A stretch of DNA of 64,000 nucleotides from Terrimicrobiaceae bacterium (GCA_041675465.1 JBAYTU010000002.1:17821-81820); one strand, 5' to 3'; positions 1 to 8,850 are shown, numbered from the stretch's first letter. Notes: a model not told the origin generated them from the sequence alone. Program-made: numbers and translations.

Positions 1-527
1 TCGACCTGCCGGAAGTTCTCGTCGAACCCTCCCACCTCGTCGTTCAACGACCGGCGGACCAATGCCGCTCCGGCCGTGGGAATCGGTGTCCACCAAAAAT
101 GGGCCTTCGCGGGAGCGGGCGGCACGCCGACCGCATACGGAAGCCCGTGAAGACGGGCCTCGGTGGCAAGGGCCCGGCGCTGGAGGATAAATCCATAAAC
201 CACTCCGGACGGAGACGGATCGGCTGTCGCCGACAGCGAGGCCAGCGCATCGGGCAACAACACATCGTCGGCGTCCAGAAAAAGTATCCACTCTCCGCTG
301 GTGGCAGCCACCCCGGTGTTCCTCGCCGCAGCGAGACCGCCGTTCTCGCGGGCGACATACCGGATCCCCTTCGGGAATGTCCGGCAAAGGTCGCGCGTCC
401 CGTCGGTGCTGCCGTCGTCCACAATCACGATCTCGTCGGCCGGCCGCGTCTGGGCGCACACGCTCGCCACGGCGGAGGGGAGCCACCGCGAGGCGTTGTA
501 TGCGGGAATGATGACGCTGATCGTCAT
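1..527 (-). CDS. Family 2 glycosyltransferase (GT-A); 3' end runs off the window
   Basis: Own translation from ATG 527..525: MTISVIIPAYNASRWLPSAVASVCAQTRPADEIVIVDDGSTDGT...FLDADD. The frame stays open to position 1. It is absent from the ORF track because there is no stop in the window. ATGA overlap with the stop of the upstream gene (524-527). Confidence 0.85.
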   Translation of the reverse strand, partial: MTISVIIPAYNASRWLPSAVASVCAQTRPADEIVIVDDGSTDGTRDLCRTFPKGIRYVARENGGLAAARNTGVAATSGEWILFLDADDVLLPDALASLSATADPSPSGVVYGFILQRRALATEARLHGLPYAVGVPPAPAKAHFWWTPIPTAGAALVRRSLNDEVGGFDENFRQV

Positions 528-1528
528 GCGCCCTCCCCTGACACCGTCGTGAGAAACTCCTCGTATGAGCCGGGACGGACAAGGAAGCCGCTCTCCTCCA
601 ACTGCGTCGCCCCGCGCAGGAGCAGCGAGGCCTCGTTCCAAATTCCCAAAGGACACTCCGTCTGCGAGAGCCTGTCCGCGTAGGCCTTGTATTCGACCGC
701 CCCGCACCAATGCTGCCCCCGCCGGGCCTCTTCGCGCACATGCGGTTCAAAATCCTGAAGAAATTTGAAATGGTGGAGCACCGCGCGCAACCCGGCAAAA
801 TGCCCACCCTCCAAATAATGCTGCCCGTCGGTGAGAAACATTCCCCTGTCATAGCGGAACAGCGGGAATTTGGAACAGCAGGCTGAGATGCCGAACAGTC
901 GCTTGCGAACACCGCCCTCGAACCGGAAGTCCAGCCCGGACCCCCGGTAAAAATGGCGCGGGACTTTCGCGAGGGATTCCAGCGGGTCGAAATACCAGGG
1001 CATTTCAAAATAATCGGCTCCGGGGACATACCCTGTCTCCGAAACCGGCCCTTTGGGGTAGAGATCCAAGAGGATCGCATGAAGCGCATTGGCCCCGACC
1101 CCCTCCAGATAGCGGCATAAATCCGCGAGCGGAACGCGGTCGGAAGACGGATACTCGATCAGCTCATCCGCATCCGCCACGAGGCACCACCGCCCGGCCG
1201 CGTGCTTTCCCAGCAAGTAATTCAACCAGGCCTCCTTCCCGGTGAAATGCCGGGATGTGGCATACAGGCAAACGTCATTTTGGGAGGCAAGAAACTCCCG
1301 CGTCGCATCGGTGGAATTGTTTTCCACGATGACGAACCGTCCGACCCCGAGATGGCGGTAGTGATCGAGGAACCGGGGCAGGCGGAGCATCTCGTTGCGC
1401 ATCACGGCAAAGACGGTCGGCCTCTCAAACCCGCCGCCGGGGTTGGAAATCCGCTCCAGTTCGCGGGCCGCGTTCCATCGCGCCACCACGCGCCGGAGTC
1501 CGGTCGGAAGGTGATCAATTGCCGGCAT
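524..1528 (-). CDS. GT-A fold glycosyltransferase (GT2 / Glyco_tranf_2_4-like)
   Basis: 334-aa ORF with RFVIVENNSTDATREFL and LVADADE (DxD-like) motifs. Translationally coupled to both neighbours. Confidence 0.7.
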   Translation of the reverse strand: MPAIDHLPTGLRRVVARWNAARELERISNPGGGFERPTVFAVMRNEMLRLPRFLDHYRHLGVGRFVIVENNSTDATREFLASQNDVCLYATSRHFTGKEAWLNYLLGKHAAGRWCLVADADELIEYPSSDRVPLADLCRYLEGVGANALHAILLDLYPKGPVSETGYVPGADYFEMPWYFDPLESLAKVPRHFYRGSGLDFRFEGGVRKRLFGISACCSKFPLFRYDRGMFLTDGQHYLEGGHFAGLRAVLHHFKFLQDFEPHVREEARRGQHWCGAVEYKAYADRLSQTECPLGIWNEASLLLRGATQLEESGFLVRPGSYEEFLTTVSGEGA

Positions 1529-2723
1529 GGGGAATAAGGGCGCAAAGTTTCACAAGCCCACTCACAAAGGCATCCCGGTGGAACTCCGATCTGGCCCCTG
1601 AGGAAATCGCGCGGGCCTCGGCGCTCTTTGCGCAGAACTCCGGGGGCACCGACATCAGGGCGCGGGCCAACCCCGCCGCATCACGCTCTTCCACCAGCCA
1701 TCCACCGCCCTCGCGCCCGATGCGGTCGCCAGCCCAACTGTTTCTCGAGGCGATGACCGGTTTGCCAGCGACGCGCGCCTCGCAAAAAATCCCGCTGGTC
1801 CGGAGCTCGTAGCAGTCGAGATGGTAGGGCAAAAGAACCACGTCCGAACGCCCGAGCCTTTCGAGGTATTCCTTGTCGGAAAGCGGTCGGTCGATCCACT
1901 CGATCCCGTCGCCGGATGGCAGGCCGCGCCGGAGAATGCCCGCGCACAGGGGATCGGGATCGTGGCGCTGGACCATGAAATGGAACGGGCCGGACGATCC
2001 GGAGCCCCGGAGGGTCCCGATGGCGGTCACGACTTCCGCAAACCCTTTCTCGCGACGCGCGTTCCCGGGGACAAAAACAACGAGCGGTTTTGACGCGGGC
2101 CGATCCTCCGGCGGCGGAATATCATAGGAAATGACGTGGGGCAGATAATGCACTTCGGTGCCAAGCATCCGCCCGAACGGGCCGGTCAACTTCTCGCTGT
2201 CCGTCACGGCAATGACCCTGTCCCGGATGCCTGGCGACAAACATTCCAGCGCGCGGGAAATCCCGGGAACAGCAAATCTTCCCGGACGGTATCCCAGATG
2301 CAGAAACAAAACCGGAGGGGACGGATGGCCGCCCAGCCAACTCAACCACCGCACAAAGTGCCGCGGTGCCAGCATCTGGGCAAAAATCGCATCCGATTTC
2401 GTGGCGGCGGGAAACCGCCGCAGATCGCACCCGAAGCGATGATCGCACCAATTTTCCAGAATCGTGAGCAGGCGGTGGTTGGCGGCGATCCAGGACGCGG
2501 GAGCCGCGCGGAAGTCCGTGCGAAAGATCCGGCGGCAGGAGACGCCGCCCGCCAGCGGGATGTCGAAAGCGCGGTGTGTCACCAGGCTCACCGTCATCCC
2601 CGCCCGAGCCGCCGCCTCGGCGAGCGCCAGGTTGTATCCGAGGTGATGCCCGATCCGATCACGGAGCAAATGATCCGCCAGGAAAAGCCGGACCGGGAGC
2701 TTGCACGGAACGGTCACTCTCAT
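1515..2723 (-). CDS. Group 1 (GT4-like, GT-B) glycosyltransferase
   Basis: ORF 1515..2783 trimmed to ATG 2723 (MRVTVPCK...), which makes an ATGA overlap with the upstream stop. C-terminal signature: REKGFAEVV...VVLLPY...SGIFCEARVAGKPVIAS. Confidence 0.75.
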   Translation of the reverse strand: MRVTVPCKLPVRLFLADHLLRDRIGHHLGYNLALAEAAARAGMTVSLVTHRAFDIPLAGGVSCRRIFRTDFRAAPASWIAANHRLLTILENWCDHRFGCDLRRFPAATKSDAIFAQMLAPRHFVRWLSWLGGHPSPPVLFLHLGYRPGRFAVPGISRALECLSPGIRDRVIAVTDSEKLTGPFGRMLGTEVHYLPHVISYDIPPPEDRPASKPLVVFVPGNARREKGFAEVVTAIGTLRGSGSSGPFHFMVQRHDPDPLCAGILRRGLPSGDGIEWIDRPLSDKEYLERLGRSDVVLLPYHLDCYELRTSGIFCEARVAGKPVIASRNSWAGDRIGREGGGWLVEERDAAGLARALMSVPPEFCAKSAEARAISSGARSEFHRDAFVSGLVKLCALIPHAGN

Positions 2724-3859
2724 TCGGGAGGGAGATCGAGAAACCGGGCGACGGCCGGCCATCGCGCCTGCATGCTGTGACAAATCGCGCTCAGCTCGAG
2801 CGACCGGCGGCCCATCTCCTCCCGTCGTCCGTGTTCCGAGTAAATCCAGATCAGTTCCCGCGCCATCGCCTCGGGATGAAAATCGGCGACGATCGCCCCG
2901 TTGTATCGGTGCTGGATCAGCTCCGAGGGCCCGTTGATATCAAAGCAAACCGGCACGGTCCCGCAGGCCATGGCCTCCTGCGGCGACATCGGCCCGCCCT
3001 CTCCCCAAAGCGGGCTTTTTCCAAGATTGAGCGCCAGAAATGTCCCGCAGATCTGCATCTGGCTGATAATTTCCTTTTCGATTCCCGCGAGCTGCACGAA
3101 TTCGAGATCAAGCCCTGCCGCCGCCGTCAGTTCGCGCATCCGGGCCACATACTCCATCCCGTGGTCCCCTTCATCAAAGAATCCGACGCGGTTCGGGATG
3201 CGGCGTGGAGGATCCGGCTTCCAGTGCTCCTCATCGATGAGCTGGCGCAACAGCAACGCCGGAGTTTCAAAAATCGCGCGATGCCATGCCTGGACGGCCC
3301 GGTTGACCCCCGCAGTCCGCACAATCCGGCCTTTCGCGACAAACCGCGCCAGATCCGGAAAATGGCTTCTGGAGGATGCCGAAAGCTCGTGGTCCCAAAA
3401 ATAAAACCGGGGGCAGAGCGCGAGAAACGCCTCCGCCTTGATCCACGATGTCACGCACCTCACATCGCCGACCTCCCGCCTGCGCTCCGCAAACTCGTCC
3501 AGCGAGAGAAAAGGCGCGTGCTCGGCGAGCCACCCGGCATTCTTCCCGTCATGGCTGACCATGAAGGCCTCGTGGTTGTGCCGTCGCAGAAGGAGAACCA
3601 GATTGTTCAGCAGCTTCTCCCCCCCGCAGTATTTGTGGCTCCCCTTGAGGGCGGGACCCGCGCAGTAGGAAACGAAAATGACGGGGCGCTCGTTTTTGGG
3701 GGGTGCGGCACCGGATGATTTCCGCACGGACGGGCGTTCCCCAACCCCCAGAAGCGGCCTCAGAAAATCGTTGGCCAACTCGAGCTTGAGACCGGCCAGA
3801 AACAGCCGCAGCGCCACCCGGAGCCGGGCCCAGGCAATGATGGTTTGTTTGAATTTCAT
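2720..3859 (-). CDS. GT4 glycosyltransferase
   Basis: 379 aa; GT-B C-terminal signature GEGGPMSPQEAMACGTVPVCFDINGPSELIQHRYNGAIV. Confidence 0.8.
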   Translation of the reverse strand: MKFKQTIIAWARLRVALRLFLAGLKLELANDFLRPLLGVGERPSVRKSSGAAPPKNERPVIFVSYCAGPALKGSHKYCGGEKLLNNLVLLLRRHNHEAFMVSHDGKNAGWLAEHAPFLSLDEFAERRREVGDVRCVTSWIKAEAFLALCPRFYFWDHELSASSRSHFPDLARFVAKGRIVRTAGVNRAVQAWHRAIFETPALLLRQLIDEEHWKPDPPRRIPNRVGFFDEGDHGMEYVARMRELTAAAGLDLEFVQLAGIEKEIISQMQICGTFLALNLGKSPLWGEGGPMSPQEAMACGTVPVCFDINGPSELIQHRYNGAIVADFHPEAMARELIWIYSEHGRREEMGRRSLELSAICHSMQARWPAVARFLDLPPE

Positions 3860-3904
3860 ACCGAAATCTGGCGGGGGGATTCCCCGATCCCCCTGAAGCC
3901 GTAT

Positions 3905-5152
3905 CTACGTCCGCACGGGTGCCCGCGAAAAGATTTTGTCGGCCAGGCGTTCGGGCAGGCTTTTCCCCCGCTCTGTCTGCTCGCGTCTCCGGCGCTCGAT
4001 CTGGACGCTGTTCGCGTGACGCAAGGCTTCGGCGGAGGGAAGAATCTCCCTTTCAGGCCCTGCGGCTTGCTCGATGATTTCCACACCCGCAGCAAGAGGC
4101 AGGCGCTCCCAGGCCTTGGACATCGTATCGAACCCCACGTCCGCGATGCACCACGGACGCTCGTAAGGACATGCAAAATCGCAGCCGCAACAGGTCACGG
4201 AACAGGTGGTCACGACGGCCGGCCCGCTGGAGGGAAGAAACCGGCCCCAATGCGCCCCGCCATAAACCGCCAGAACCGGACGACCTGCGGCCGACGCCAG
4301 GTGCATCACACCCGAATCTCTGCCCGCGTAGCCACAGGACATCGAAGCCAGCACGAGCGAAACCGGCACCGGCGGCGGATCCGACGCGAGGTTGACCGAG
4401 CGGAATCCGCCCGAGCGGATCCTTTCGATGGATTCCGATTCCTTCGGATTTCCCAAAAACACGACCGGGCGACCATCCTCCGGCAACACCGCCGAAAAGA
4501 ATGCCCGCCAGTTCGCCTCCCCCCAGTCTTTCATTGCCAGCCCGCTCCGGCTGCCAACGCAGGCGATCCAGTAAGCTCCCTCGGTGAGTCCGTGGAGCCG
4601 GAGGATCTCCCGTGCCGCCGCGAGGGATTCCTCTCCGGGCGCAAGGCTTGGCGAAACCGCTGACAGACCGTTTCCAAGGATTGCAGAGCCCAGAAGACGG
4701 TTCTTTTCAAGCTCCGGGAGCGTGACCGGGACCTCGACCCGGATCCGGAAATTTTCCGACAGCCCAGCCGGATCCGCAATGGTGCCGGACGGCCAGAAGG
4801 CGTCCCGAGTGGAGAACCCGGCAACCGGCAACCGCCAGCGGTCGTTTTCAAACCACACCTCGTCGAAGAAATTCAGCGCGAAGAGCGAGGCGACATAGAG
4901 GTCCGGACGAAAACTGCGGATGGCCGACTGCTCGGAGCGGAAGGGGTTCCTTTTGCGACGTGTGTCCGGGTGGTATGGATCTGCTCCGATTTCAAGCAGC
5001 CGAACCTTCGGAAATACGGCTGCCGCGAGATCCAGCGCCGGACGGCGCATGAGCAGTTGCAACTCATGCCCGGACTCTGCCAGTGCCCGGATCATCGGGG
5101 TGCGCAGGATGAAATCACCCAATCCATCCGGGCTGCTGACAGTGATTTTCAT
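3905..5152 (-). CDS. GT9 glycosyltransferase (ADP-heptose:LPS heptosyltransferase family)
   Basis: MKITVSSPDGLGDFILRTPMIRAL N-terminus and GRDSGVMHLASAAGRPVLAVYGG motif. Start set at ATG 5152; the ORF-track start 5188 is a TTG that overlaps vapC. Has a C-terminal extension of about 80 aa. Confidence 0.75.
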   Translation of the reverse strand: MKITVSSPDGLGDFILRTPMIRALAESGHELQLLMRRPALDLAAAVFPKVRLLEIGADPYHPDTRRKRNPFRSEQSAIRSFRPDLYVASLFALNFFDEVWFENDRWRLPVAGFSTRDAFWPSGTIADPAGLSENFRIRVEVPVTLPELEKNRLLGSAILGNGLSAVSPSLAPGEESLAAAREILRLHGLTEGAYWIACVGSRSGLAMKDWGEANWRAFFSAVLPEDGRPVVFLGNPKESESIERIRSGGFRSVNLASDPPPVPVSLVLASMSCGYAGRDSGVMHLASAAGRPVLAVYGGAHWGRFLPSSGPAVVTTCSVTCCGCDFACPYERPWCIADVGFDTMSKAWERLPLAAGVEIIEQAAGPEREILPSAEALRHANSVQIERRRREQTERGKSLPERLADKIFSRAPVRT

Positions 5153-5177
5153 GCGCCGATTCGAATCCGGCCTGCAA

Positions 5178-5615
5178 TTATCCGGCAAAGGGATTCACCA
5201 CTTCCAGGAATTCGAATTTCCGAAAATCCGTATCGGCGGAATAGAGGGTTTTTACCCCGTGTTGGCGGAGGATCGTTGCCAGGTGAGCGTCTGGAACCAG
5301 GTTGCCACGCACCGGAAAGGCCCCGGTGACCCCCTCATATTCCTCCTCAAAACCCGCCTGCTCGCCAATGATTCGCACCCGTGGCAGTTGAATCAATTGC
5401 CGGATGTTCTTCCACGCCTCCGCCGGGCTGAGCGGATTCTGAAAAATCCGCGCGTGGGTCGCGATCCGCTGGTAGGCCATCAGCGTCAGCCATGTCAGGC
5501 AAAGCAAGTCGGCTTCTTCCAGGCGGCGGCTGAGAAAATTCATCGCCGGGCCGTTGAGCGGCGAACTCCCGTCCGACGCATAAAGGAGAATGTTGGCGTC
5601 CAGAGAACAGCTCAC
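5178..5615 (-). CDS. vapC: PIN-domain ribonuclease toxin (VapC family)
   Basis: 145 aa. N-terminal LDANILLYA and C-terminal YSADTDFRKF acidic PIN motifs. GTGA overlap with the antitoxin stop. Confidence 0.8.
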   Translation of the reverse strand: MSCSLDANILLYASDGSSPLNGPAMNFLSRRLEEADLLCLTWLTLMAYQRIATHARIFQNPLSPAEAWKNIRQLIQLPRVRIIGEQAGFEEEYEGVTGAFPVRGNLVPDAHLATILRQHGVKTLYSADTDFRKFEFLEVVNPFAG

Positions 5616-5845
5616 TTTTCGTCAAGAATGGCAAACACCGCTTCTTTGTCTGCCAGGTCCACCCGTGCCCGCATCGGCCGAGAGATCCAATGGAATTTTC
5701 CGACCGGTTTGCCGTGCAGGTTCCTGCCGGCCAGAGCCTCCGCGAGCAGTCGCGACGCCACCTGCCCAAGCGATCTCCCATCGCGTTTCCCCAAAATCTT
5801 CAACTCCTCCAGCACCGGGCCTTCAATATCCAAAGTCGTTCTCAT
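5612..5845 (-). CDS. vapB: Type II antitoxin, VapB-like (MRTTLDI... class)
   Basis: 77 aa, MRTTLDIEGPVLEELKILGKRDGRSLGQVASRLLAEAL. Lies immediately upstream of, and overlapping, the PIN toxin. Confidence 0.75.
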   Translation of the reverse strand: MRTTLDIEGPVLEELKILGKRDGRSLGQVASRLLAEALAGRNLHGKPVGKFHWISRPMRARVDLADKEAVFAILDEK

Positions 5846-5854
5846 GATGAACTG

Positions 5855-5883
5855 ATGTTAATATATGAAACATCTGATGTCAA
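5855..5883 (-). promoter_or_regulatory. Candidate sigma70-type promoter/operator of vapBC-1
   Basis: Minus strand reads TTGACA (5883..5878), 17 nt, TAACAT (5860..5855), then 9 nt to the ATG at 5845. The inverted repeat GATGTT/AACATC and direct repeat CTGATGT x2 (5852-5880) overlap it. Confidence 0.4.
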
Positions 5884-5918
5884 TGCCGCTCCGACAGAAC
5901 CCGGATCATCGGATTGAC

Positions 5919-6446
5919 TCAGCCCCCGGCGGCTTCGGCGAGCTTGCCGCCGGCGCGGAACATCTCCTTTTCTCCGAGCGGCATCGCATGGAGTCGTTCC
6001 CGGAGTTTTTCCAAAGAGATTTTTCCAAGTCCGATGAGCCCGCGCACGAGGGCCACGTCTTTTTCTCTGCCCACGACCAGCTTGACGGTGGCGAGATCAT
6101 ACGGGTCGAGCGCGAAGACGTTCTCGAATCCCTCCATGCGGACCAGCCGGTCTTCCCATCCCGGGGGCAGACTCTCGACGATGGACGGGTGGAGGATGTC
6201 GGCATGGTAGCCTTTTTGGGTGCGGAACAGGCTTCCTTGGCCGAGGGATTCCGTCAGATACGATGCGATTTCATTGCTGATCGGATCGAGCAAAAGATCT
6301 CCGTCGTAGGTGTTGTCAAGCAACCCCTGCTCTCCGATCTCCGGGAACGAGGCCAGAACAGAAGATGATCCCAAAACGATGACTTTCCGGCTCTCGCCCA
6401 GGGCGCGGGCAGATTCCACCAGATGATTCAGTGCGTGAATGCGCAT
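5919..6446 (-). CDS. Minimal nucleotidyltransferase-fold protein (MNT/DUF6036-like)
   Basis: 175 aa. VIVLGSSSV...TYDGDLLLD fits the G-S...DxD pattern of polymerase-beta-type nucleotidyltransferases. The family assignment is from memory. Confidence 0.55.
   Translation of the reverse strand: MRIHALNHLVESARALGESRKVIVLGSSSVLASFPEIGEQGLLDNTYDGDLLLDPISNEIASYLTESLGQGSLFRTQKGYHADILHPSIVESLPPGWEDRLVRMEGFENVFALDPYDLATVKLVVGREKDVALVRGLIGLGKISLEKLRERLHAMPLGEKEMFRAGGKLAEAAGG
6320..6347 (+). repeat. Copy 1 of a perfect 28-nt direct repeat (inside the NTase-fold CDS)
   Basis: gcaacccctgctctccgatctccgggaa read directly; identical to 8851..8878. The flanks diverge immediately on both sides. Confidence 0.95.
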
Positions 6447-6838
6447 TGCAAAATGAACGGGCGTCTTTCCATCGTTGTCAGCACTCCGTCAAAAGGGCAA
6501 AAGTCCCTCAGGTGTTCCGCCCGTTCGGAGTCCTCGCGCAGCGCGGCGAGCAGCACGGCCATCCCCTCCGGCGAGGATCGGGCGGCGAGGATCATCTCCT
6601 CCCACTGCCGGAGCCGGTGCTGCTGGTCCGCGCCGTTGGCGATCCAGCGGGCGATGTTGTCCAATCCGACCTGCAAGAGCGACGGCTCCCGCTCGATCTT
6701 CTCCGCAATCAGCCGGAACATCCCGAGCTTGTCGAATCGCTCCGCCTTCCCGGAAATCATATTTTTTGGAATAGCTGGCAACTCCTCACAATTGTTCCTG
6801 AACCCGATCTGCACCGGCCTCATCTCTGTGATGTGCAA
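6428..6838 (-). CDS. Hypothetical helical protein, upstream partner of the NTase-fold gene
   Basis: 136-aa ORF overlapping the NTase gene by 19 nt. The ORF-track start is TTG; ATG alternatives are at 6823 and 6760. No motif recognised. Confidence 0.4.
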   Translation of the reverse strand: MHITEMRPVQIGFRNNCEELPAIPKNMISGKAERFDKLGMFRLIAEKIEREPSLLQVGLDNIARWIANGADQQHRLRQWEEMILAARSSPEGMAVLLAALREDSERAEHLRDFCPFDGVLTTMERRPFILQCAFTH

Positions 6839-6865
6839 GCAGCGCAGACGTATCCAAAAGGTATC

Positions 6866-7104
6866 TCATTCCTCTTCACGCTCGGCAACAAGCTCGGCCA
6901 TCGCGTCGCGATCGGGCGAATGCTTTTTCCCAGCTCCTTTGAGCCGAAGCGAAAGCGCTTTCCTGTCAGGTATCACACGCACAGAAATTTTTTCAGGACT
7001 TTCTCCGGGACTCCAGTCAAAGGTGAAACCGGGCTTGATGCATAACTCTTGGCGAGCTCAACCGGAATCGAAACCATATTCTTTGTTGTGACCGTAGAAA
7101 TCAT
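6866..7104 (-). pseudogene. AbrB/MazE/SpoVT-type antitoxin-like gene carrying a 1-nt frameshift
   Basis: Own translation. ATG 7104 gives MISTVTTKNMVSIPVELAKS, then stops after 44 codons. An adjacent reading frame continues as LCIKPGFTFDWSPGESPEKISVRVIPDRKALSLRLKGAGKKHSPDRDAMAELVAEREEE, with the stop at 6868..6866. Total length is 239 nt, which is not a multiple of 3. Confidence 0.5.
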
Positions 7105-7176
7105 GCTTTTAGAATACATCATGAAATTCCAGAAATCCATGATTTTTCCTTTTAGGAGCCGTCAGGCGCCCTAACC

Positions 7177-8109
7177 TCAGCTTCTTCCAGCCATCCGAGC
7201 CTCCCATATCCGCTTGAGCCCATCGCCAAGTGAAACGGCAGGCGACCACCCGGACTTCTCCCGCAGTTTTCGGGTGTCCAGGATGTTGGCCTCGACATCG
7301 AACCTGCGCGGCGGAAGCGTTTTGCAAAGCAGCGGAATTCCCCGCTCGCGCGCAAGCCCGCCGAGCATTTTGACGATTCCAGCATTCGAGGTCCCGACGC
7401 CGGTGCCAATATTGTAAATCTCCCCGTCGGCCCCGCAGTCGAGCGCCGCGACGATCCCCGCAGCGACATCAGAGACATGGATGTAATCGCGGATCGTCCC
7501 TTCGGGGCCGTAAATCTCGACCTCGCGACCGGCGAGAACCGCCGCCACGGCCGTCGCGATGAACCCCTGGCCCGTGTCGGCCCGCTGATCCTCCGCGTAG
7601 GCGTTCGCGGGACGCACGACGACGACCGGCAGCCCGGCCGTGCGATGAAACATCATCGCGTATCGGTCGGTGGTGAGCTTGGTGATCCCATACGGGCTCA
7701 CCGGCACGGTCGGATGATCCTCGGGGATGGGAAGCTGCCCGGCCGGCCCATACACGGTTCCGCCGGAAGACACGATGAGGACGCGGCTCACCCCCACGTT
7801 GAGCGCCTCCTGGAAGAGCCCCACGCTGGCTGGGAGGTTGGACAACAAGTCAAAAACCGGATCCTCGAAGCTCGTCTTCGGCACGGTGGAGTAGGCCAGA
7901 TCAATGACCTCGCATCCGGTTTTCAGGAGCCTGCGCAAGACCGCACGGTCGCTGTAATCTCCGGTCACATACCGACAGGCCGGGGGAAGTTCGCAACCGG
8001 GGTTTGCGCGGCGACCGAGGACGACGACCTCGCGCCCGGACTCACAAAGCCGACGGGTGACATGCCTCCCGATGAAGCCGGCTCCGCCGATGACCAGACA
8101 GGATTTCAT
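7177..8109 (-). CDS. NAD-dependent nucleotide-sugar epimerase/dehydratase (extended SDR)
   Basis: MKSCLVIGGAGFIGRHV Rossmann motif and SPYGITKLTTD (YxxxK). Start set at ATG 8109; the ORF-track start 8130 is TTG. Confidence 0.85.
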   Translation of the reverse strand: MKSCLVIGGAGFIGRHVTRRLCESGREVVVLGRRANPGCELPPACRYVTGDYSDRAVLRRLLKTGCEVIDLAYSTVPKTSFEDPVFDLLSNLPASVGLFQEALNVGVSRVLIVSSGGTVYGPAGQLPIPEDHPTVPVSPYGITKLTTDRYAMMFHRTAGLPVVVVRPANAYAEDQRADTGQGFIATAVAAVLAGREVEIYGPEGTIRDYIHVSDVAAGIVAALDCGADGEIYNIGTGVGTSNAGIVKMLGGLARERGIPLLCKTLPPRRFDVEANILDTRKLREKSGWSPAVSLGDGLKRIWEARMAGRS

Positions 8110-8122
8110 TTCGGAGGTTTCT

Positions 8123-8524
8123 CTAAACAAGCTCGTAACTGATCACCTGGAGATGCGGGACGTTTTTGAAGTGTTTGGGATTTCTGGTGACGAGCGCCGC
8201 CCCCCTGGCACAGGCGCAGGCCGCGATCCACAGGTCCGGATAGTCAGGGGCATTTCCTTTCCCGGACATTTCCACCCAAAGTTCGCAATAGCGGTCCATC
8301 GATTTCTGGTCCAGCGACTGGTGCAGGAAGCCGTTATAAAATGTCGCCAGATCCGCCAGAGGAACTCCCTTGAAAAGCGCGCCCCTGGAAAACTCGGCCT
8401 GCGTGATCCAGGGAACGACAAGTGACGCCTGCCCGACTTTTTCCACAAGATCCGCAATGCGCTGGCGCTTCTTCCGGAAACGCCAGAGGTCGACCAGCAC
8501 CGTCGTGTCGGCAATCAGTTCCAT
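8123..8524 (-). CDS. vapC: PIN-domain toxin (VapC family)
   Basis: 133 aa. MELIADTTVLVDLW and LVTRNPKHFKNV motifs. Overlaps the antitoxin by 10 nt. Confidence 0.8.
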   Translation of the reverse strand: MELIADTTVLVDLWRFRKKRQRIADLVEKVGQASLVVPWITQAEFSRGALFKGVPLADLATFYNGFLHQSLDQKSMDRYCELWVEMSGKGNAPDYPDLWIAACACARGAALVTRNPKHFKNVPHLQVISYELV

Positions 8525-8739
8525 GCCGCAGGAAGCCTTTTGCGCGTCAAATGAATCGCGCGTTCCAAATCCTCAAAATCGGCATCTGAAAACGCCGGAA
8601 GAGATTGCGCCGCTTCCACCACCGCCCCGATGGTCCCCTTGCAGGGAACCATCCGCTCGACCACATCCGAAAAGGTTCCGCCACTTTTCCAGGAGAGCAG
8701 CCGCTGGTAGGCCGATTCCGTCAATGAAATCGTTTTCAT
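8515..8739 (-). CDS. vapB: Small VapB-type antitoxin (MKTISL...SAYQRL class)
   Basis: Trimmed to ATG 8739: MKTISLTESAYQRLLSWKSGGTFSDVVERMV. This is a typical antitoxin N-terminus paired with PIN toxins. Confidence 0.65.
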   Translation of the reverse strand: MKTISLTESAYQRLLSWKSGGTFSDVVERMVPCKGTIGAVVEAAQSLPAFSDADFEDLERAIHLTRKRLPAAWN

Positions 8740-8746
8740 TGGGAAA

Positions 8747-8775
8747 CATGTAACACAGAGCGCAGTCTGCGTCAA
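8747..8775 (-). promoter_or_regulatory. Possible promoter of vapBC-2
   Basis: Minus strand reads TTGACG (8775..8770), 17 nt, TACATG (8752..8747), then 7 nt to the ATG at 8739. Same architecture as the vapBC-1 candidate, but the -10 element is weak. Confidence 0.25.
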
Positions 8776-8850
8776 ACAGCACGCAAGCGGTTCTTCGGGA
8801 ACTCAAAAATATGCGCCGGCAGGCCGTTTGCCTCCGCATCCCCGAACCCC

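Noticed and set aside
3905-4300. Cys-rich segment CSVTCCGCDFACPYERPWC in the GT9 protein as a possible novel metal-binding domain
   Set aside because: As far as I recall, a Cys cluster near the C-terminus is common in heptosyltransferase-family (GT9) proteins, so it is probably a family feature rather than a novelty.
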